Source of the DNA: Bacteroidota bacterium
GTDB taxonomy: Bacteria; Bacteroidota; Bacteroidia; Bacteroidales; CAIWKO01
DNA length: 64,000 nucleotides
Direction of reading: 5' to 3'
Assembly (NCBI GenBank): GCA_037128515.1
Contig: JBAXWF010000007.1
Location: 5,021-69,020, forward strand
In this document: piece by piece, positions 45,439 to 53,109 of the stretch
Position numbering within the stretch: position 1 is the stretch's first letter
Layout of the letters: the number at the start of each line of letters is the position of its first letter
Translations under genes and position numbers: made by a program
The notes under the pieces: generated by a model
Told to the model about the DNA's origin: nothing
Seen by the model: only the letters and a program-made list of their open reading frames with translations
The model's database searches: none

Positions 45439-45595
45439 CACAAATTTTGGTACATTACTGCTAACACTTTATATACGTAGCAGTTAATTCACAAATTGTT
45501 GTTTTTCCTCTTTTGCTATTTGTTGTTTGCTAACTATCAAAACTGGCAGGGTTGAAAACAAATTTTAATCAAAAATCATTAATCAAAACTAACAA

Positions 45596-47677
45596 ATGTC
45601 ATTAACAAAACTCAGAAACATTGGAATAGCCGCTCATATTGATGCCGGAAAAACAACCGTAACCGAACGTATACTTTTTTATACCGGTGTAACTCGTAAA
45701 ACCGGTGAAGTTCATGATGGACAAGCCACCATGGATTTTATGAAACAGGAACAAGAACGCGGTATTACAATTGCATCGGCGGCCATTACTTGTCAATGGA
45801 AAGGTATGCAAGTAAATATTATTGACACACCCGGGCACGTTGATTTTACTGTTGAAGTGGAACGTTCGCTGCGAGTTATTGACGGTATGATAGCCCTGTT
45901 TTGTGCCGTTGGCGGTGTGGAACCCCAAACTGAAACTGTTTGGAATCAGGCCGAACGCTACAAAGTTCCCCGCATTGCTTTTGTAAACAAAATGGATAGA
46001 ACGGGAGCCGATTTCAACGATGTGTTGAACATGATGAACAAATATTTGGATGCCAAAGCAGTTGCTTTTCAGTTGCCCATTGGTGCAGAAGAAGGATTTG
46101 AAGGTATTATTGATGTGATTGAACAAAAAGCATATACTTTTAAAGATGCAATGGGTATTGAAACCGAAATTCCTGAGGAATACAAAGAAAAACTCTTGGC
46201 AGCACGAACCTTTATGGTGGAAAAATTGGCCGACTATAGTGAAGAAATCATGGGTATGTATTTTGATGAAAAAGAAGTACCTGCCGAACTCTTAAAAAAA
46301 GCAGCACGCGAAGCCACCCTGAAGTTACTAATCACTCCGGTTTTTTGCGGTGCAGCATACAAAAACAAAGGCATTCAGTTGCTGCTCGATGCGGTGGTTG
46401 ATTATCTCCCCTCGCCTATTGATGTGGGTGCTGTGGTAGGTATGGATATTGATGACCCTGAAAAAACCCGTAGCCGCGCCCCTTCCACAAAAGAACCGTT
46501 TGCAGCCTTGGCTTTCAAATTAATTCACGATCCTTTTGTTGGTCAACAAACATTTATCCGTATTTATTCGGGGACATTGACGAATGGCATGCAATTGCTT
46601 AATTCTACAAAAAACAAAATGGAACGGGCAGGACGTATATTGAAAATTCATGCGAAAGACCGTGAAGAATTGCACGAAGCTGGCCCCGGCGATATTGTGG
46701 CTCTTATCGGGATGAAATTCACCAAAACCGGCGACACACTATGCGATACCGAACACCCTTTGTACTTAGAAAATATTCATATTCCGCCCACGGTAATTGA
46801 ATTGAAGATTAATCCGGCCAAACGTAAAGATCAGGAACGCATGATTGAATCGCTGCGCAAGTTGGCAAACGAAGATCCTTCGTTTAACATGCGTTATGAT
46901 GATGAAACCGAGGAAACCATTGTTTCGGGTATGGGCGAATTGCATTTGGAAATTATTATTGATCGTTTGCGTCGCGAGTTTGATGTGGAAGTGTTGGTTG
47001 GTCAGCCTTCGGTGGCTTTCCGCGAAGCGATTACCCTGGAATCGGAAAACGATTTTAAATATGCCAAACAAAGCGGTGGTAAAGGTCAGTTTGCCCGCAC
47101 GGTGTTGCGCATTGAACCGAACGAAGGCAAAGGCTACGAATTTGTTGATAAAATTAAAGGCGGTGTTATTCCGAATGAGTTTATTGTCTCGGTTGATAAA
47201 GGTATTAAAAAAACCCTCGACCGTGGCATTTTGGCCGATTTCCCCATTGTGGATGTAAAAGTTACTTTGTTGGATGGTGCTTATCATGCGGTGGATTCAT
47301 CCGATATGGCTTTCCAGACTTGTGCTTCTATGTGTTTTAAGGCCGCCTTCCTTAAAGCCAATCCGGTTTTGTTGGAACCTGTGATGAAAGTGGAAGTGAA
47401 TACCCCCGACGATTATATAGGCGAAATTGTTGGCAATTTGAACCGCCGCCGCGGAAAAATTGAGGCCATGCGCCGTTTCCGCAAAGGCTCACAAAAAGTG
47501 AATGCTTTTGTACCCCTTATGGAGATGTTTGGTTATGCTACACAATTGCGAAATATTTCGAGTGGACGGGCAAACTATAGCATGGAGTTTCATCAATATG
47601 AAGCCGTGCCACGGGCAATTCAGGAAGAAGAACTGAAAAAACTTGCCGAAAAGAAACGTTTGGAACGCAACCAATAA
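45596..47677 (+). CDS. fusA: elongation factor G (stand-alone copy, outside a str operon)
   Basis: [23 protein letters not shown] and full five-domain length (693 aa). Confidence 0.85.
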   Translation: MSLTKLRNIGIAAHIDAGKTTVTERILFYTGVTRKTGEVHDGQATMDFMKQEQERGITIASAAITCQWKGMQVNIIDTPGHVDFTVEVERSLRVIDGMIALFCAVGGVEPQTETVWNQAERYKVPRIAFVNKMDRTGADFNDVLNMMNKYLDAKAVAFQLPIGAEEGFEGIIDVIEQKAYTFKDAMGIETEIPEEYKEKLLAARTFMVEKLADYSEEIMGMYFDEKEVPAELLKKAAREATLKLLITPVFCGAAYKNKGIQLLLDAVVDYLPSPIDVGAVVGMDIDDPEKTRSRAPSTKEPFAALAFKLIHDPFVGQQTFIRIYSGTLTNGMQLLNSTKNKMERAGRILKIHAKDREELHEAGPGDIVALIGMKFTKTGDTLCDTEHPLYLENIHIPPTVIELKINPAKRKDQERMIESLRKLANEDPSFNMRYDDETEETIVSGMGELHLEIIIDRLRREFDVEVLVGQPSVAFREAITLESENDFKYAKQSGGKGQFARTVLRIEPNEGKGYEFVDKIKGGVIPNEFIVSVDKGIKKTLDRGILADFPIVDVKVTLLDGAYHAVDSSDMAFQTCASMCFKAAFLKANPVLLEPVMKVEVNTPDDYIGEIVGNLNRRRGKIEAMRRFRKGSQKVNAFVPLMEMFGYATQLRNISSGRANYSMEFHQYEAVPRAIQEEELKKLAEKKRLERNQ

Positions 47678-47697
47678 TCCCATTTCTTCTCAGATAT

Positions 47698-47725
47698 AAG
47701 ACACCGATTTGGTGTCTTTTTTTTT
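47698..47725 (+). terminator. Rho-independent terminator
   Basis: Perfect 8-bp stem aagacacc/ggtgtctt, 5-nt loop, T9 run. Confidence 0.8.
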
Positions 47726-47794
47726 GCAAATAGGGTTGCTAAATAATTAGGTATTCAACAACTTCATTCTATTGATACTGTAACCTTTTTTTCG

Positions 47795-47802
47795 TAAATT
47801 TG
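47795..47802 (+). promoter_or_regulatory. -7 promoter box TAAATTTG
   Basis: Exact TAnnTTTG about 60 nt upstream of the GTG/TTG start at 47864/47867. Confidence 0.35.
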
Positions 47803-47863
47803 TATAACATCTTGTTTATTATTTTAAATAGTGTGAAATAGTGACCTGAAACATACATTTTAT

Positions 47864-50608
47864 GTGTTGAAAAACCTGATTATATTTTTACAAAAAAAAT
47901 ATAACCCTCTGCTATCCAAAGTTGATAATGACCTTGGATGGATTTCTTTTTGGTATGCTTGCATCCGAAGAGTGGCTTTAGCTTTGCCTGTTGTTTTCCA
48001 AATGTTTTTCTTCTCAAAAAGTAAATCCGGTTTAAATCGTTACTATAAAAAACTTTTATTCCCTGTTTTAATACTATTTCTTCTTTCGGTTCAACCTGTG
48101 TTTGTTCGGGGGCAAAATAATAACGACAAAAATACAGAAACAGCCAGTCAGGGTAAAAATAAAAAAGCCTTCGACGAATGGAAAGAAATTTTTAAACTGA
48201 GAGGTACTTTAAACAAAAACCAATATGGCAGCCGCTATTTTATGGGCTTGTTCGATGGGCGGTTTATTGGCCCCAACGACCAGGATAATTACGGCATACG
48301 CACCTACAGCACCGCTTGGGATTATCTGATTTTTGGCAACAGTTTGCTTTCGATGCTTATCAACATGGGTTTTACGGCCGACAACATCAATTTGATATCG
48401 AGCGGCAACGTGCCCAATCATCATTCGTTTTATTTGGGTTGCATTGGGCATTATGCTATTTCGCAGGAGAAATCGTGGGTGGACTCTACTTTTAACAGAA
48501 CGGTGGGCAAAAATGTGGCTGTCGACAAGCCATTTAAAGCCTCGATTCCACGTTTGGGTATCGATTCAACTGCAGTTAAAGTTGACTTGGGTGGGTTTTA
48601 TATTAAACGGAAAGTGGAAAAGAAAACCGTTTACGATACCATAGCATTTCCGCAGATTGAAGGCACGGGTTCGTGGAAAGATGCCAACAATTTTGATTTG
48701 GTTTACGAATGGATGGAGCTATTTTTTAATGCGTACCGCGATAGTCTTGATATCAGCAAGCGGCAGTTTGCAAAAAAAACACCGAAAGAACTTCAACAAT
48801 GCATTTTGCAACGATTCAATACTAAAAAATATCTTGAAGCCAACAATTTGACTGAGGACGAATTGAATTATAAAATTGTGGATGGCTACAAGAATGACAT
48901 CTTTGATTTGGTGCATCAGCCCAATGAAAAGGTTTTTAGAATGGGACAATACGAAATGTTTAGGTATTTTAACGATGTGTATTGGCGCGATTTGAACGAA
49001 ACTGTGGTGATGATTGGCCGCGGACTGAACGATGCTGGCGAGCTGGAGCCATACTCTTATGTGTGGAAACCTTCGGACAAGAAAAACCCGGTGTGGCATT
49101 GCGCTTTTCAGTTCGACAAAGACCGCGAAACCAATCCGCGCTCGGGTTTAATAAATTATGTGATGGTGCCTTATGGCACCAAAGGCCGAAATATGCCCAC
49201 GGTGGTGCCGAACGATTTGCCTCCATTTTCGCAATTCGAGGGGGTGGTGATTTGGAGCGACAACTGCAAAAAGCAATCGTATTCGAACAAAGACGACTTG
49301 TGGCTGAACACGCTTAATGGGCGCATGATTGACCGCAATTTCAAATGTTATCCCTACGAGGTGGGTATTTTGCCGCTGAACGACGATGGCACGGTGGATG
49401 GTATTTATAAAATTTATGTTTGGAAAGACGATAAAGATTACTGGGCGTATATTTTTTGCGGAAAGCACGCGGGAGTTAGAGGTGGCAAGCCCGGAAAATC
49501 GTTTGTTGACCAGGTGGATAATTTCCGCAAAGATTATAACTTTTCGGATTATTGGTATTTTTATAAAGACGTGGATTTTGAGAAGGATGTGGTGAAGAAC
49601 ATGCCGCAGTTTATTGGCGATTTGGAAAGTTTGGAAAGTAGGGTTACGGGCATTAAAGGCAAAACCATGCCCAAAGTGTGTATTCCCATTGTAACGCCCA
49701 ACGATAAAAATCCTAAAAAGCCGCGTATTGATAATTTCTATGTTTTGCTGAACGCCGACAACACAGGAACCGTTTTCCCAGATAAAATTAATTTCTTTTG
49801 GAAAATTGATGTGTACGACGATTATGCGAACAATATGCTGGTGAAGAAAAAATCGGTGATTATTAAAATAAACAAACAGGAAATTCCATTGGATAAATTC
49901 GACGACTATTTACGAACCAACAACTTGAGCGGTTCGCAGGTGCGCAAAGCCAACGATCAGTTTGAAACCGATTTGAAAAATAGTAAAAAGAAAGACCCTG
50001 TGGTGAATTTAAACACTTTGTACAACAACCATGTGTATAATTTGGCCAACTCTGACGAAACCCAAAACCTGATTAACCAAGTGAAAGAAGACCTGATGGC
50101 GGTGCGCTACGAGTTGCCCAAAGCCGAACGGACCCTAGAGCTGGCACAGGACGAAAATGCAGATAAACTCAAAGACTTAAAAAAACAACTCGACGAACTG
50201 GAACTGACAAAAAAAACCAAGAAACCTATTTATGCTGAAACCAAAGCGCAATACGATAAACTGAAAGAAGGGGTGGATAAAAAACTTTTTAGCTACAACA
50301 AACTGGTGGCAAAAGAAACCTCCTTGGTTGATTTGTTGCAACTATCGCAAGAGCGATTGGATATTAATTTAAACAACGATTTGGCCAACATCAACTCGCA
50401 CATTGCTTTTTTGGAAAGCGAACGCGCCAAATACCAAACACAGCTGGACCAACTAAAAGCCGAAGGCAAAACCGAAACCGATAACTACCGTCAGGTGCAA
50501 ACATCAATTGATAACAAACGACAAGAACTGATTGAAGCCGAAAACAAACGCGACAAGGTGCAACAGGAAATAGAGAATCAGAAGAAATTGCAGTCGGAAA
50601 AAGAGTGA
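47864..50608 (+). CDS. large hypothetical membrane-anchored protein with C-terminal coiled coil
   Basis: 914-aa uninterrupted ORF. N-terminal hydrophobic segments; the last ~200 aa are K/E/Q/L-rich heptad-like. No catalytic motif recognised. Confidence 0.6.
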   Translation: MLKNLIIFLQKKYNPLLSKVDNDLGWISFWYACIRRVALALPVVFQMFFFSKSKSGLNRYYKKLLFPVLILFLLSVQPVFVRGQNNNDKNTETASQGKNKKAFDEWKEIFKLRGTLNKNQYGSRYFMGLFDGRFIGPNDQDNYGIRTYSTAWDYLIFGNSLLSMLINMGFTADNINLISSGNVPNHHSFYLGCIGHYAISQEKSWVDSTFNRTVGKNVAVDKPFKASIPRLGIDSTAVKVDLGGFYIKRKVEKKTVYDTIAFPQIEGTGSWKDANNFDLVYEWMELFFNAYRDSLDISKRQFAKKTPKELQQCILQRFNTKKYLEANNLTEDELNYKIVDGYKNDIFDLVHQPNEKVFRMGQYEMFRYFNDVYWRDLNETVVMIGRGLNDAGELEPYSYVWKPSDKKNPVWHCAFQFDKDRETNPRSGLINYVMVPYGTKGRNMPTVVPNDLPPFSQFEGVVIWSDNCKKQSYSNKDDLWLNTLNGRMIDRNFKCYPYEVGILPLNDDGTVDGIYKIYVWKDDKDYWAYIFCGKHAGVRGGKPGKSFVDQVDNFRKDYNFSDYWYFYKDVDFEKDVVKNMPQFIGDLESLESRVTGIKGKTMPKVCIPIVTPNDKNPKKPRIDNFYVLLNADNTGTVFPDKINFFWKIDVYDDYANNMLVKKKSVIIKINKQEIPLDKFDDYLRTNNLSGSQVRKANDQFETDLKNSKKKDPVVNLNTLYNNHVYNLANSDETQNLINQVKEDLMAVRYELPKAERTLELAQDENADKLKDLKKQLDELELTKKTKKPIYAETKAQYDKLKEGVDKKLFSYNKLVAKETSLVDLLQLSQERLDINLNNDLANINSHIAFLESERAKYQTQLDQLKAEGKTETDNYRQVQTSIDNKRQELIEAENKRDKVQQEIENQKKLQSEKE

Positions 50609-50611
50609 CGA

Positions 50612-50715
50612 AGGTAATAGGTAAGAGGTAAGAGGTAATAGGTAAGAGGTAAGAGGTAATAGGTAAGAGGTAATAGGTAATAGTTGTGTCCATTCTTCCG
50701 ACTTCCGACTTTCTT
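50612..50715. repeat. 7-bp microsatellites: (AGGTAAT/AGGTAAG)x10 (50612-50681) and (CTTCCGA)x2-3 (50695-50715)
   Basis: Read directly. The array starts 4 nt after the TGA of the 914-aa ORF and has a 21-bp super-period (AAT-AAG-AAG). Confidence 0.95.
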
Positions 50716-50915
50716 TTTACCACAGTGAACACAGAGGAAAAACAGCGTTACACGGAGAAATTATTCTGCATTCAAAAAAAATTATTTCATTTTTTTTTAT
50801 GAAAATGTTTTTTTTATTTGGAATAATTTAGTTTCTTTGTGTATCGAAAACTAAAACATACAAACCCGATGATCTATCGTTCTGACATATCATGTTCTGA
50901 AAGGCCTATTTCCGT

Positions 50916-50925
50916 GGGGGGGGGG
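50916..50925. repeat. homopolymeric G10 tract
   Basis: tccgt-gggggggggg-tattt in an AT-rich intergenic region. Confidence 0.9.
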
Positions 50926-51132
50926 TATTTTTAACCTTTTACTATTTCATTGCAATCTAACTTCTAGCGTAAACAAAACCAAGGCTTGGTTTTTTACGCA
51001 ACTTTTTCGGTTATCGGGCGCTTGCCTTGCCCATACTTTTTATTTTTTTACTTTATACAGTAGTTTTTTTCATACCAAAGAGAAACAATTTCATAATTAA
51101 CTAAATTCATAAACCTAAAAAAAGTAAAGCTT

Positions 51133-51657
51133 ATGCCATTAGACAATTTAATTTCAATTTCGTTCACTGCAGCAGAAGTAACAACTTTAGAAACTTCGTT
51201 AGCTGCCATCGAAGCCATTATCAACCCCAAAGTGGTGAACCTCACTCCCAAAGAAAGGCAACGCTACGGCAAAATGGGCGACGAAACCGAAAATTTTGCC
51301 GTAAAAACCGTTACCTACACCGAGCAAAACCCAGAAATCATTCCGTTTTTTCTCGATGCAGCCGAATTAAAAATTGATATCGAAGCCAGAAAAGTGATTG
51401 ATCCTATTTTAAAACGGATCAGCATTATTTTTGAAAAACTTGACGATACTCATAAAGTTATTGGTTTTGATTTGTTTAACCAGGTGATTTCTATTTATCG
51501 TAACGTCAAAATGCTTTCGAAACAAAACGTGCCGGGTATATCGGTGATTTATGAAGATCTGAAAAAACAGTTTCCGCATGTAGTGCTTCCGGTGATTAAT
51601 TTCACCCCCGATCCCGCATTGGATGCCACTGTTAACGACGGAACAACTCCTTCGTAA
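51133..51657 (+). CDS. hypothetical protein
   Basis: 174-aa ORF with its own terminator downstream. No recognised motif. Confidence 0.5.
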   Translation: MPLDNLISISFTAAEVTTLETSLAAIEAIINPKVVNLTPKERQRYGKMGDETENFAVKTVTYTEQNPEIIPFFLDAAELKIDIEARKVIDPILKRISIIFEKLDDTHKVIGFDLFNQVISIYRNVKMLSKQNVPGISVIYEDLKKQFPHVVLPVINFTPDPALDATVNDGTTPS

Positions 51658-51699
51658 TAAACTAAAAAACACGTTCATTGCAACAATAAAAAGGCTTAT

Positions 51700-51895
51700 G
51701 CAGTATAGCAACGGCCTGCAAGCAGTCGGTCGACGGTATGCAGGGCGTTAGCCAACGGGCTGCAGGCAGTTATTAACGGCCTACAGCCCGTTAACCAACG
51801 GCCTGTAGGGTGTTCATCAACTCCCTTCAGGCCGTATACTAACGGCCTGAAGGGAGTATACCAACGGCCTGAAGGCCGTTATAAAACAACATCGA
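51700..51895. repeat. tandem minisatellite E, about 8-9 units of 22 bp, rich in inverted repeats
   Basis: ACGG core at 51711, 51733, 51755, 51776, 51798, (51820), 51842 and 51864. Perfect 15-bp hairpin at 51821-51856. Confidence 0.9.
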
Positions 51896-51943
51896 TGGCG
51901 TTAGCAGACTGCCTGAGGAAAAAAAACAAAATTGAAACAACGA

Positions 51944-51980
51944 GTGAAGGTTTCGCTTTATGTGAAACCTTCACTTTTTT
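51944..51980 (+). terminator. Rho-independent terminator
   Basis: Perfect 11-bp stem gtgaaggtttc/gaaaccttcac, 9-nt loop, T6. Confidence 0.8.
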
Positions 51981-52031
51981 AATAATGAAACACGATTTAC
52001 AATTAATAATAATAGTAAAAACCAAAAAATT

Positions 52032-52907
52032 ATGAAAAAGAAAATCAGACCGTTTATTTATGCGCTAATATTAACAACTTTAGCATTAATTCTTACCTAT
52101 AGTTGTAAGAAAAAAGATGATAATACCACAACCGGGCCAGTGCCTACCATCAATACTATTCCTGTGGATAGTATAAAAGGTACAACCGCAAGATGTGGTG
52201 GTATAATAGCTACTGACAATGGCTCAACAATCACCTCAAGAGGTGTTTGCTGGAGCACAGGCATTGATCCTACCATTTCAAACAGCACAACAATAGATGG
52301 TGCTGGCGCAGGAACTTATGTAAGTCATATGACAGGTTTGGCACCTCTAACAACTTATTATGTGAGAGCTTATGCAACCAACGCCAACGGAACAGGCTAC
52401 GGACCGTCATATTCATTCACCACCTTAGCAATTGCTGTTGGAGATTATTATCAGGGAGGAAAAATTGCATATATATTTGTATCGGGTGATCCGGGTTATG
52501 TTGCAGGACAAATTCATGGTTTGATAGCAGCCACAAGTGACCAAAGTACGGGCTTGCAATGGTATAATGGCAGCAATGTAACAACCGGAGCTACATCGCA
52601 AAGCATAGGTAGCGGAAATGCAAATACCAATACAATAGTGAGCGTTCAAGGATCAGGAAGCTATGCAGCTAAATTATGCGCCGATCTTTCACTGGGAGGT
52701 TACAGCGATTGGTATTTACCTTCCTTTAATGAACTTTATAAACTTTACATAAATCGTTCTTATATTGGTGGGTTTGAAAGTACAACATATTGGACATCCT
52801 CGGAATATGATTTAACACAAGCTCGTTTCGTTGATTTTATGGGAGGTCCGAGTATGTATACAAATAAAAGTGCAGCCTGCAATGTTCGGGCAGTGCGTAC
52901 TTTTTAA
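52032..52907 (+). CDS. lipoprotein with Fn3-like N-domain and DUF1566 (Lcl C-terminal-like) domain
   Basis: Lipobox LTYSC, and the GGYSDWYLPSFNELYKLY motif typical of DUF1566. Confidence 0.65.
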   Translation: MKKKIRPFIYALILTTLALILTYSCKKKDDNTTTGPVPTINTIPVDSIKGTTARCGGIIATDNGSTITSRGVCWSTGIDPTISNSTTIDGAGAGTYVSHMTGLAPLTTYYVRAYATNANGTGYGPSYSFTTLAIAVGDYYQGGKIAYIFVSGDPGYVAGQIHGLIAATSDQSTGLQWYNGSNVTTGATSQSIGSGNANTNTIVSVQGSGSYAAKLCADLSLGGYSDWYLPSFNELYKLYINRSYIGGFESTTYWTSSEYDLTQARFVDFMGGPSMYTNKSAACNVRAVRTF

Positions 52908-52946
52908 TTTTACCTTTAAAAGTGGAGACCAAAAACCACCAAAAAT

Positions 52947-52979
52947 AAAGCCCTGCCCCCACACGGCGGGCTTTTTTTT
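52947..52979 (+). terminator. Rho-independent terminator
   Basis: Stem aaagccc(t)gcc/ggcgggcttt followed by T8. Confidence 0.6.
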
Positions 52980-53028
52980 ATTTTAGCCAAAAGCCACGCG
53001 CCATTAGCCATGATTGATGGTTGGTAAA

Positions 53029-53056
53029 TAAAAAAAGGACACGAAATATCGTGTCC
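53029..53056 (-). terminator. Rho-independent terminator for the aconitase-family gene
   Basis: Perfect 8-bp stem ggacacga/tcgtgtcc. A T-run follows on the minus strand. Confidence 0.65.
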
Positions 53057-53109
53057 CTGCTTTTAACTTTAAGTACTTTAGTTCACCTGCCCGTCCGGTC
53101 AGGCGGGCT

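Noticed and set aside
50391-50732. 113-aa minus-strand ORF with YLLPITS repeats
   Set aside because: It is the reverse-strand reading of the AGGTAAK heptamer array and then runs antisense into the 3' end of the 914-aa gene.
6445-51895. CRISPR arrays as an explanation for the periodic repeats
   Set aside because: The units are directly adjacent (21-22 bp period) with no unique spacers. The repeats are degenerate rather than identical, and no cas genes are in the window.
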